From positions 1,417,994-1,481,993 of the forward strand of contig JBFXEV010000001.1 of the NCBI GenBank assembly GCA_050179755.1: 64,000 bases of DNA. Reading direction: 5' to 3'. The stretch is from Candidatus Babeliales bacterium (GTDB lineage Bacteria > Babelota > Babeliae > Babelales > JBFXEV01). Shown here in pieces: positions 49,614 to 58,589 of this stretch (its first letter is position 1; every line of letters begins with the position of its first letter). Made by a program: the position numbers and the translations under genes. The notes beneath the pieces were generated by a model. It made no database searches, was not told the DNA's origin, and saw nothing but the letters and a program-made list of their open reading frames with translations.

Positions 49614-50362
49614 TATCCTTCCTGTTCTTTAAGCAATTCTAGAAACACTTCTTCCAGCGATTCTTTTTTATGTTTCTGTTTTAAGTCTTGCACCGTTGCC
49701 ATCATCACAATCTTACCTCTGCCTAAAATACACACACGATCAGCTAATATTTCAGCTTCTTCAAGGTAATGAGTTGTAAGCAAAATGGTCATGCCCTGTT
49801 TATTAAGCCCTTTAATAACTTCCCACATGTTATGGCGAATATCAGGATCAAGGCCAACGGTAGGTTCATCTAAAATGAGCAACTTAGGATTATGCACAAT
49901 GGCACGGGCTATTAATAAACGTTGCTTATATCCACCTGAAAGAGCGTTAACAGAAAAATCTTTATAGCGGGTCAAATTAAACTGCTCAAGCAAGGTGTCA
50001 GTACGTTCTTGCACGTATACTTCTGGCATTAAAAAATAACGACCAGCAAAAACTAAATTATCCCGCACCGATAAATCAGGATCCAAATTGGGTGATTGTG
50101 GGCAAAAACCAAGTGATTGCCGATAGGAAATAATATTATCGTAAATAGACTTATTTTTATAAAGAACGGTGCCAGATGTTAAAGGATGCAACGTAGCAAT
50201 AATAGAAGATAATGTTGTTTTGCCTGCACCGTTTACGCCAAGTAATGAAAGTATTTCGCCTTCGTAGATATCAAGACTGACTCCGTCAAGTGCGTTGACT
50301 AAGCGTTTTTTATCTTTATAAATTTTATAGACGTCACGAATACTAAGTAATATGGTGGACAT
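49613..50362 (-). CDS. ABC exporter ATP-binding protein
   Basis: GVNGAGKT, LSGG, LILDEPTVGLD, TTHYLEE. Confidence 0.95.
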   Translation of the reverse strand: MSTILLSIRDVYKIYKDKKRLVNALDGVSLDIYEGEILSLLGVNGAGKTTLSSIIATLHPLTSGTVLYKNKSIYDNIISYRQSLGFCPQSPNLDPDLSVRDNLVFAGRYFLMPEVYVQERTDTLLEQFNLTRYKDFSVNALSGGYKQRLLIARAIVHNPKLLILDEPTVGLDPDIRHNMWEVIKGLNKQGMTILLTTHYLEEAEILADRVCILGRGKIVMMATVQDLKQKHKKESLEEVFLELLKEQEG

Positions 50363-50496
50363 TAATGTTCCTTGAATATGAGCGAAGAGTATTATTATAA
50401 TATACGTTAAATATATGTATTTGAAAATAGTAAATAGTTATTTTACCATGTTATAAAATTGAGAAGTTCCACTGAATATTTATAGGCATTATCTTT

Positions 50497-50862
50497 CGGC
50501 CGCTCCCGCCGCGGCTGGCGCACGCCTTTTTGGTGCCAAAAAGGGTGCAAAAACCAGTTAGGGCATGCTATCCCTAACAACCCCATACCTTATCAAACAG
50601 ATTATGATATCAACTCGGTTAAATCTCGCCGTCCATATTTTCTATTTTCTATGCATGTTTCTGTGTGGGGGGATGAATACCCACTGGCTCACAATTAAAT
50701 CTTATTAATAGCTCCTATGCGCGCATCATGTATACCTCGTCGTGAAACGACGCGAGGTATAACATTAGGCGATCGAGCGGAATGGTCCAGCAGAATGCTG
50801 GTGCTTTTTTGCGTCCTTTTTTTGCACAAAAAAAGGCATGCGCCGCCCTGCGTAAGGGCACC
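50497..50862. repeat. Non-coding MITE-like element with imperfect ~40-bp inverted ends, copy B
   Basis: Left 50517-50555 GGCGCACGCCTTTTTGGTGCCAAAAAGGGTGCAAAAACC versus reverse complement of 50803-50844 GGCGCATGCCTTTTTTTGTGCAAAAAAAGGACGCAAAAAAGC. Confidence 0.6.
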
Positions 50863-50920
50863 AGTAATAATGCTTGTAAATATTAAATGGAACTTCTACA
50901 ATACCTTGAAACAAAAAAAA

Positions 50921-51403
50921 CTAATTTCCACCACCACCATGACCATGCATCTCTTTTGTTTTCCACCAACCATATATAACCCCGCTATAAAAAATTGCTG
51001 CAACACCAACTCCAACAAGCGCTAGTTTCCCCATACCTGCCATATTTTGATAAGTTCTTTTTCCTTGCTGCAGCAGAACACCTACAATAGAACCTTTTAA
51101 ATCTAATTGTTCAGCTGGTAAAGCAGCCCCAGTACTTATAAGCAAACGCCTAAAATCTTTTACATTAACGTTAAAATTACCATCCTCGCGAGGTGTAATT
51201 ACTTCCGGCAATGATTTTGCAAAACTTTGTATTGCATTTCGTTGCATAGAAGGTGAACCTGCATCAGCTAATGTATCAACTAACTGTATTGATTCTGGTC
51301 TTGCTGCAGCAAATATTACTAAATCTAATTTCTTCCCCGGTTCCATTGCCCCTACTAAAAAACTATATCCACAAACAACAATAGCTAATATATATTTTTT
51401 CAT
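50921..51403 (-). CDS. Hypothetical protein with signal peptide and C-terminal TM anchor
   Basis: Signal peptide ..VGA|MEP; C-terminal LALVGVGVAAIFYSGVIYGWWKTK. Confidence 0.7.
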   Translation of the reverse strand: MKKYILAIVVCGYSFLVGAMEPGKKLDLVIFAAARPESIQLVDTLADAGSPSMQRNAIQSFAKSLPEVITPREDGNFNVNVKDFRRLLISTGAALPAEQLDLKGSIVGVLLQQGKRTYQNMAGMGKLALVGVGVAAIFYSGVIYGWWKTKEMHGHGGGGN

Positions 51404-51527
51404 AAATTCCCTTTCCATGATTAAATTCTTTGCTTAGATGATACGCCTTATTGACCTACTAAAGCAAGAAAATTAAAAAATATGATATACTTTTAAGAAA
51501 ATTACGATATCACCATATTGGAGATGA

Positions 51528-52022
51528 ATGAACACACAACAACCAATTCCTTCTAACATTATTTTTGATATCTTTGGCGTACTTTTTCATTGGGATCCGC
51601 TGCAACCGCGCATAAACGGCGAAAGCCAATTTATTCCAATAGAAGAAAATATCGCATTACTGGCCGAATGCGCAAGCCTTATCAATGAATTAGGAAAACC
51701 AATTCATCGATTATTTGTTCTCTCCAATTGTAAATTAAACTTGCTTGAAGAACTCTATGTTGCGTATCCACACGTCTTTGAGCCATTTGAAGGAATAGTT
51801 ATCCCCACGCATGCAGGATATGCAAAGCCTGATAAACGTATGTTTGAACATTTGCTTGCCTTGCATATGTTGCACCCGAGTAATTCAATTTTTATTGATG
51901 ATGCACCAGAAAATACTAAAGCTGCCGTTCAACTGGGTATTACCGCTATAACATATGGTCCAGGCATACAGTTAAAACGAGCATTCATTACTCACGGCGT
52001 TATACCTTATACTCACGCCTAA
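51528..52022 (+). CDS. HAD-family hydrolase
   Basis: IIFDIFGVL, VLSN, KPD, FIDD..EN..AA..LG. Confidence 0.85.
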   Translation: MNTQQPIPSNIIFDIFGVLFHWDPLQPRINGESQFIPIEENIALLAECASLINELGKPIHRLFVLSNCKLNLLEELYVAYPHVFEPFEGIVIPTHAGYAKPDKRMFEHLLALHMLHPSNSIFIDDAPENTKAAVQLGITAITYGPGIQLKRAFITHGVIPYTHA

Positions 52023-52704
52023 TTGCAAGTACGTGCTGCACGGCAAATGGCAAGAGTATCATGCGCAATCCCACGCTGCCTGCAAAGGCTAGTACTGGCG
52101 GAGAAAACCATCCTTGATCGGCAGTAACATTATTTAATTGCATCCCAGCAAACGTATATAAGAAAATATACGGCAACATGCCAAACAGAGTTGTGAGTAA
52201 AAATGTTGTTGGCCTTACAAGAGTTATGCCAGAAAGTGCATTAATCATACCAAAAGGTAATAATGCAAGTAAGCGCACGAACAATAAATAGTAAACACCT
52301 CGCTGCTCAAAGGCATGGTTAAATTTTGCAAGCTTATGAACATATTTTTTTTGTACCCAAGCACCTATCAAATACCGTGACACAAAAAAAAGTACCATCG
52401 CACCAAGTGTTGCTCCCACAATGGCATACAAAAAACCTATTTTGCCAAACAATAGCCCACTAGCTGTTATAAACAAGGTGGAACCAGGAATTGATAATGC
52501 AGAAACGGTTACGTAACTTGCAATAAACGCACCCACTGAAAGTGCATAATGCGCATCAATATACGTATGTAATTCATGCAAATGTTCTTGAAGCCATGTA
52601 AGCGATAGATAATCAGTTAACCCTAATCCTTTAACAACACCAATAAGCGCTAGAAAAACTATTGCTATGCAAACACGCATAAAATGCCGTTTAGTTATTT
52701 TCAT
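52000..52704 (-). CDS. TVP38/TMEM64 (DedA/VTT) membrane protein 3
   Basis: ALSIPG, GATLGA..F..SRY, RLLALLPF..IN..SG. Confidence 0.88.
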   Translation of the reverse strand: MKITKRHFMRVCIAIVFLALIGVVKGLGLTDYLSLTWLQEHLHELHTYIDAHYALSVGAFIASYVTVSALSIPGSTLFITASGLLFGKIGFLYAIVGATLGAMVLFFVSRYLIGAWVQKKYVHKLAKFNHAFEQRGVYYLLFVRLLALLPFGMINALSGITLVRPTTFLLTTLFGMLPYIFLYTFAGMQLNNVTADQGWFSPPVLAFAGSVGLRMILLPFAVQHVLAIRREYKV

Positions 52705-52716
52705 TGCCAGACCTTC

Positions 52717-53397
52717 TTACCACAATTTTTTTATTAATACCGGTATCAAGACTAGCAAGCTCAAAAGAAAAAAAGCAAGAATTATAGGGAAACTAAGTAT
52801 ATCAGAAGCTGAACGTATATACATCAATTGTTTTCCTGCATAAGCAAAAACAAGTGAACCCGGAATAATCCCGAGCGAAGTTGTCCATATAAACGTGCTG
52901 AGCTTTACTCGCGTGAGCCCCGCCAAAAGATTAACTAAAAAAAAGGGGAAAATTGCTGCAAGCCTTGCAAATAATAAATAATAAAAACCATTTTCTTTTA
53001 TGGCTTGATTTATAGCCCGCAATTGCACTTGATACGTACGCTGCACCCACATACCAACCAAATAACGTGCTGCAATAAAAGCAATTGTTGCACCCAGCGT
53101 TGCACCAATGTTAATATATATCACGCCCGGAAATACATTAAAAAGATATCCTCCTAACATGGTAATAATAAATGCCCCTGGTAGAGCAAGAGCTACTGCT
53201 AGGATATACAAAGCTATATAACAGAACACCGTATACCAGTAATGATCACGCACTAATGCAAGCAAATAACCTTGGTGTGTTTGCACCCATTCAAGATTAA
53301 GATATTTCATAAAATTGAAATACCAACTCACGGCGACTATAAGTAATAAAAAGAATAGAATAATAAGACGTTTTTTAAATATGTGCATAAGATACAT
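52717..53397 (-). CDS. TVP38/TMEM64 (DedA/VTT) membrane protein 2
   Basis: ALALPG, GATLGA..F..ARY, RLAAIFPFFLVN..AG, GIIPG. Confidence 0.9.
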   Translation of the reverse strand: MYLMHIFKKRLIILFFLLLIVAVSWYFNFMKYLNLEWVQTHQGYLLALVRDHYWYTVFCYIALYILAVALALPGAFIITMLGGYLFNVFPGVIYINIGATLGATIAFIAARYLVGMWVQRTYQVQLRAINQAIKENGFYYLLFARLAAIFPFFLVNLLAGLTRVKLSTFIWTTSLGIIPGSLVFAYAGKQLMYIRSASDILSFPIILAFFLLSLLVLIPVLIKKLW

Positions 53398-53471
53398 TCA
53401 ACTCACCATCTACCGCGATACATTTTTTCGTTACTCGAAAAAATACGCAATAGGAACAGTAAGTAATTAAT

Positions 53472-54152
53472 TCACTTTATGATTTTAAAATGGCGCAAGA
53501 TGATCGGTACAAGCGCAAGTAACGCAAGAAGCACCAACGGAATCACAAACTTTGGTGCAAAAATACCTGCAAAAGAATCAAGACTGCCAAGTTCTTGCCC
53601 TGCATATGCATAAATAAATGAGCCCGGTAAAATACCAACCGCCGTTGCCCAAATAAAAGTCCAGCTCGCAATTCCTGCTAAACTTGCAGCAATTACGATA
53701 AACCCAAACGGGGTAATTGGCAAGAGCTGCAAAAATAAAATGTAATTTGAACCATGTTGCGTAATATTTTTGGTAAGCGGTTCAAGTTGCTTGCCATATT
53801 TTGCTTGCATAGTGTCATACAGCAAATAACGAAACACTAAAAATGAAATAAATGCGCCAACTGTTGCGCTAAACACGGTAAAAAGAGTTGCCTGTATTGC
53901 ACCAAAAAAATAACCGCCGACTACGGTAAGAATAATAGAAATAGGAATGGCAAATGCAACAACGAGTATGTATGCCAGCATATATATAAGGCGAGAACCA
54001 ATTGGCCACGACGCAATAAAATCAGCCACATGTTGTTTATGCTGCAAGAAAAAATCAAAATTAATATAGTCACCAATATGCATAAAACGGAGCAGTATCA
54101 TAAACAAAATTAGTCCAACCGCAATAACAACACGCTTGATGGAGACATTCAT
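53472..54152 (-). CDS. TVP38/TMEM64 (DedA/VTT) membrane protein 1
   Basis: AFAIP, ATVGA..F..FRY, QLLPITPF, GILPG; TAATG overlap with the oxidoreductase. Confidence 0.88.
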   Translation of the reverse strand: MNVSIKRVVIAVGLILFMILLRFMHIGDYINFDFFLQHKQHVADFIASWPIGSRLIYMLAYILVVAFAIPISIILTVVGGYFFGAIQATLFTVFSATVGAFISFLVFRYLLYDTMQAKYGKQLEPLTKNITQHGSNYILFLQLLPITPFGFIVIAASLAGIASWTFIWATAVGILPGSFIYAYAGQELGSLDSFAGIFAPKFVIPLVLLALLALVPIILRHFKIIK

Positions 54153-55594
54153 TAGATTTTTCCTTTCAAACCCAATAACCACTTACCAAAACGCACAAAG
54201 GGATTATGTTGTATGTTATCAATGTACGCATCTTTTGCCGTATGCCAAATAACTTCTGAATAGGCTGGATATGCGTGCATAACTTTAAAAAGATCTGTCA
54301 GTTTTTTACCAAATACTTTAGCAACTTGCATTTCATGTATAATATCGCCAGCTCGTGCACCCAAAATTTGTGCCCCTAAAATAGAGCCATGTTTATCGCA
54401 AATAATTTTACAAAGACCATGTTTTTCACGATCAATTACGGCACGATCAAATGTATATTCTCTGCGATAAATGCGGATAGCGTCACCATATTTTTTGCGT
54501 GCTTCTGGCTCTGTCATACCACAATTTGCAAGCTCTGGTTCAGTAAAGGTAACCCACATTACATTAGTATATGAAATCTTTTTACGCCAGAACGGTAACA
54601 AAGCATTCTGTGTTGCAAGATTTGCTTGAAAGAATGCCACGTGACTAAATAGATAGGGGCCCACCACGTCACCTGCCGCCCAAATATTTTTGGCAGTAGT
54701 GCGCAACGTGCTATCTACCGTAATTGATTTATTAGTGTAGTGCACGCCAGCTTTTTCAAGATCAAGACCTTCCACGTTGGGGCGCCTACCAACGGCAATA
54801 AGTATTGCTTTTGCAGCCAACGTATGGGGTTTGCCCTGAGCGTCGGTACAATCAAACGTGATAGTATCCCCAATGCGAGAAACAGAATTGGCACGCCAGC
54901 TCGTGTGAATAATCACCCCTTCTTCACGCAAAATATGCTGTATGCGCTCAACAAGTTCAGGGTCTTCTTGCACAAGCAAACGCTCATGCGATTCTATAAG
55001 TGTGATTTTAACGCCCAAGCGATTAAGCGATGATGCCATTTCACAACCAATTGGGCCACCACCCACAATTATGAGTGATTCGGGTAGTGTGTGCAGTGCA
55101 AATAATGATTTATTAGTAAGATAGGGCACATCTTTGAGCCCTTCAATGGGCGGAATAAAAGCGTGAGTACCCGTGGTAATGATAGCTTTATTAAATGAAA
55201 TAGCTTTGCCATCTAAGATAATATGATGATTATCAAGAAACTTTGGCAACCCAAATTGCACGTCTATACCTAAAGCACGTAACGTTTCTGGGGTATGAGT
55301 TTGATATATTTCTTGCACTACCGCACGCACATGTGGCATAACGTTTGAAGTATCAAAAGTAATTGGCTCTTGCGTTGCCACGCCATAGCACGAAAGTCTT
55401 TTGGCAATAAGCGCTGCATAACCTGATTTTATAATTGCTTTACTGGGCACACAACCAGTCCATGTACACTCGCCACCCAACTTATCTTTTTCAACAAGTA
55501 AAACCTTTTTGCCCAATCCCCGCGCTAATTTAGCAGATACAAGCCCAGCGCCCCCGCCACCAATAACCAAGAAATCATAATCATAGTGCGCCAT
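54152..55594 (-). CDS. Pyridine nucleotide-disulfide oxidoreductase (dihydrolipoamide dehydrogenase/MerA-like)
   Basis: GGGGAG, GGECTWTGCVPSK, GGGPIGCE, AAGDV, HAYP; no MerA C-terminal Cys pair. Confidence 0.88.
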   Translation of the reverse strand: MAHYDYDFLVIGGGGAGLVSAKLARGLGKKVLLVEKDKLGGECTWTGCVPSKAIIKSGYAALIAKRLSCYGVATQEPITFDTSNVMPHVRAVVQEIYQTHTPETLRALGIDVQFGLPKFLDNHHIILDGKAISFNKAIITTGTHAFIPPIEGLKDVPYLTNKSLFALHTLPESLIIVGGGPIGCEMASSLNRLGVKITLIESHERLLVQEDPELVERIQHILREEGVIIHTSWRANSVSRIGDTITFDCTDAQGKPHTLAAKAILIAVGRRPNVEGLDLEKAGVHYTNKSITVDSTLRTTAKNIWAAGDVVGPYLFSHVAFFQANLATQNALLPFWRKKISYTNVMWVTFTEPELANCGMTEPEARKKYGDAIRIYRREYTFDRAVIDREKHGLCKIICDKHGSILGAQILGARAGDIIHEMQVAKVFGKKLTDLFKVMHAYPAYSEVIWHTAKDAYIDNIQHNPFVRFGKWLLGLKGKI

Positions 55595-55836
55595 GCTGCC
55601 CCCTTGTCTTTACTTTACTGTACCGTTTTACAGCATAAAGGCGCAAGAGTTTACAAAGCGAATCCTCAATGAATGGGCAAAAGATGACCTCTTCTTATCT
55701 GATTATTTCAAATATAAAATATATATATAAAAAGATTGTATTTTAAACACTTTTAATATATACAGTTGTGCCGATATTTAGTAGTATGAATATATTGATG
55801 GATTGGTTTAATTTAAAAATGAAGGTTCTTTTCAAA

Positions 55837-56562
55837 ATGAATTCTCGTTACATATTTAGTTTTTGCCTTATTGGCCTTATGGCAATTTTAGTTGGCTGTG
55901 GCGGCGCAACCCCGTTACCTGATAAAACACGCAGATCTGTGGATTGCAGATATTTTGAAGAACAAAACAACATTGGACTTACCGTCAAAACGCTCAACAG
56001 AATTGAATGTAAACGCCTTTTTGGTTCAGACGCATTGTTAGCAAGTAACAAGCCAATTTACCCTGTATTGTTTGTTATTGATAATAATTGCAGCAAAAAT
56101 GTGGTTATATCTCCTGATTCCATCGCATTGCCAACAGTAAAGCGCCAAGTCATTACTAAACGATTACATCAAGACACTACTTGGAATAACATTGGCATCT
56201 TTTTAAATGAATTTTCCGCAGCTGACTCGTTGCATACTGCAAGAAATAGCGTCTATACAAAAGATGCTGTTAACGAAACGATTAATGCATTACAAGCTAA
56301 ACAATTTTCTAATATATTGCAGGAAGAAGCTCATCAAAAAACTCATCACAATATAGCAATTAATGAACTACTTGATTCATTACTCTTAAGCGAACCGGTT
56401 ATTATTAGTGCTCATAGCAGAGCAATGTATTGCTTGTTTGTTGCTGAAGATGATTATCGATCAGTATTTCCTGTTACTATTAAAGTGCCTGATGCACACG
56501 ACACGCTCACGTACCATGTTAACATGAAAAAATATGCACCTGCTTGGCAATCAACCAAATAG
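55837..56562 (+). CDS. Hypothetical lipoprotein
   Basis: Lipobox LVGC after a hydrophobic N-terminus starting at ATG 55837. Confidence 0.65.
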   Translation: MNSRYIFSFCLIGLMAILVGCGGATPLPDKTRRSVDCRYFEEQNNIGLTVKTLNRIECKRLFGSDALLASNKPIYPVLFVIDNNCSKNVVISPDSIALPTVKRQVITKRLHQDTTWNNIGIFLNEFSAADSLHTARNSVYTKDAVNETINALQAKQFSNILQEEAHQKTHHNIAINELLDSLLLSEPVIISAHSRAMYCLFVAEDDYRSVFPVTIKVPDAHDTLTYHVNMKKYAPAWQSTK

Positions 56563-56577
56563 CTACTTCTAAAAAAT

Positions 56578-56613
56578 AAAGGCCAGCAAGTTAGTTAACT
56601 TGCTGGCTTTTTT
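56578..56613. terminator. Bidirectional terminator
   Basis: GCCAGCAAGTT/AACTTGCTGGC stem with A- and T-tails between convergent genes. Confidence 0.8.
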
Positions 56614-56630
56614 AATGCTTTCTATTTTTT

Positions 56631-57599
56631 TTATTGATGCTTAAGCGCACCCGTAATAAATTGAGCTCGCCAATCATATTCTGCAGACAAAACAGGATTA
56701 TTTGCTTTCAATGTAGCTTGGTGTTTATTATAGGAAACAAGAAACTTCTTAGCAACTTCAGGTTCTGCAGCTATCACTTCTTGCTCTGCTGACGTATCAA
56801 GCTGCCTCCAAAATGGCCTTGTAACAATACTATGCATAATGCCGCGTAATTGATCGCCAATTATTGAGGAAAGCGTCAGAGATCCTGCAAATTTTAACAA
56901 CCCTGGAATGCATACTGCAGAGCACGCGCTAGCCAGCGCAGGAGCTGCATTACAGACTGCTTGCGTAACACCAAGAGATTGATCTTGCTGTGCTGCAAAA
57001 TCAGTCACGTGTGCCATTGTTTTATGCACGATCACGGCAAGTACTGCGCCAACAATAAGCTTTGATGCTACTTTTGTGCGGTACGTTCCATTATTAAAAT
57101 GAGTAATCGCTCGTTTAAGAATATACTTTTTAATAGTACGTACTGGATCCGCAACATACCGCCCTTGTTCTTGAGCTATATTTTCAAAGTGCGCACGCAT
57201 TTCTGGCGTATTCAATGTAAGCCATTCAGCTTCATCAATAAAAATACAAGAGTTGGTTATAAGCACCGACGTGGCATTGCCTGAAACTTGAGGGTTTAAT
57301 TTTAAAATATAGATTGAACTATCTTCAAAATTAAGTTCTTTCAAGAGAGACTTAACTTCTTGATACACAGGATTTGAAAGTTGTGCAAATTCATAGCCAG
57401 TGCCATCTTGTTTTGCAATACCATATTTTGCCATTTGATGCCGTACTGAAAGCAAACTTGGTATATAGGCAATATCAAAAGGAATATAATCTGAATAGCC
57501 ACGATGCGCTTCATGTATGGGCGTATATCCTTGTTGATCCATGGCAGCAAGCGGCGCGCTTGCGCCAATTAATGCTAAAAATAATACTATTCTTTTCAT
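56631..57599 (-). CDS. Hypothetical secreted/membrane protein (paralogue of 57614-58492)
   Basis: Signal peptide ..LAA|MDQ; shares SV.hQ.A.YGI, P.VY.E..LLKE, IFID..WL.L and IKK motifs with its neighbour. Confidence 0.75.
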   Translation of the reverse strand: MKRIVLFLALIGASAPLAAMDQQGYTPIHEAHRGYSDYIPFDIAYIPSLLSVRHQMAKYGIAKQDGTGYEFAQLSNPVYQEVKSLLKELNFEDSSIYILKLNPQVSGNATSVLITNSCIFIDEAEWLTLNTPEMRAHFENIAQEQGRYVADPVRTIKKYILKRAITHFNNGTYRTKVASKLIVGAVLAVIVHKTMAHVTDFAAQQDQSLGVTQAVCNAAPALASACSAVCIPGLLKFAGSLTLSSIIGDQLRGIMHSIVTRPFWRQLDTSAEQEVIAAEPEVAKKFLVSYNKHQATLKANNPVLSAEYDWRAQFITGALKHQ

Positions 57600-57613
57600 A
57601 AGATTCTCCATTT

Positions 57614-58492
57614 TTATTCAATAACTTCAGTTTCACTGGAATGATCGCCTTCATCACTTTCTGTATCAGATAAATGCGATAAACTTATTTTTTCTAATGC
57701 TTTTGCACGTGCTTGCTCGGCCAAATAACGCGCTACCGGTGCAGTAATAACCGCATTCACCAAAGGTCCCACGCCCGGCGTAAGCAATGACGACCAGGCA
57801 GTTTTGCCAGCCATTATACACAACGACGGCGAATAAAATTGATCACATGTTTGATTAGCTGTTGTTGCAATACCTGTTGAAATGGTTTCAAGCCATGCAG
57901 TTCCTGGCACCGATTCTGCCATCCACGAGCATAATGATGGTGCAAGCGTGTAGCTTACAATACCAATCACCGTGCTTACTAAGATGCCATCAACCACCAT
58001 TTTGACGGCCAACTTCTTGCGATATTGACCTTGTGCATACTGCTCAACCATAAGAGCACTAAAAAATTTTTTAATTTCTAAAGCATTTTCATGCGTTTTA
58101 AGAGAAAGCCACCATGCTTGATCTATAAAAATACCACCGTTGGTTACTATAAATCCTGGTGCTTCTTGCGCTTTTTCTTTATCTAATTGCAGCATAAAAA
58201 TATCTGCAGGATCAAGATCCGCTTCTTTAAGGAGTGGCGCTATTTCTGCGTATACTGCAGGGTCAAGTTCTAAATAACCTTCGGTAGCAGTAGGTATGCC
58301 GTAGGCTGCAAGTTGCTGCTTTACCGAGAAAAATTCAGGCAAGCCATAAAGATACCCTGCAATTTGCTTGGGAATACGATCAAAAATGCTTGATTTCACC
58401 TGTAAGGCAGGGATAGATACCCGCTCATTCTCCATCCCATAAAGAGGAGAAATAGCCAAAACTAGGAATAAGATTGAAAATAATCGTTTCAT
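57614..58492 (-). CDS. Hypothetical secreted/membrane protein (paralogue of 56631-57599)
   Basis: GGAGG RBS; signal peptide ..LYG|MEN; shared motifs with its neighbour. Confidence 0.75.
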   Translation of the reverse strand: MKRLFSILFLVLAISPLYGMENERVSIPALQVKSSIFDRIPKQIAGYLYGLPEFFSVKQQLAAYGIPTATEGYLELDPAVYAEIAPLLKEADLDPADIFMLQLDKEKAQEAPGFIVTNGGIFIDQAWWLSLKTHENALEIKKFFSALMVEQYAQGQYRKKLAVKMVVDGILVSTVIGIVSYTLAPSLCSWMAESVPGTAWLETISTGIATTANQTCDQFYSPSLCIMAGKTAWSSLLTPGVGPLVNAVITAPVARYLAEQARAKALEKISLSHLSDTESDEGDHSSETEVIE

Positions 58493-58589
58493 CTTTATAA
58501 CCTCCAGATAACGATTTCTTATCTATTTGTATTAATAGAGTACCATAAAGCGCTCTTTTGGTCAAATACAGGCAAATACAGGGGACAAA

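Noticed and set aside
50717..51025. 102-aa ORF as a possible transposase of the MITE-like element
   Set aside because: No transposase motifs; runs through hairpins and antisense to the next gene
54152..55594. Mercuric reductase merA or PDH E3 lpdA
   Set aside because: No C-terminal vicinal Cys pair, no mer or pdh neighbours; context is the DedA-linked subfamily
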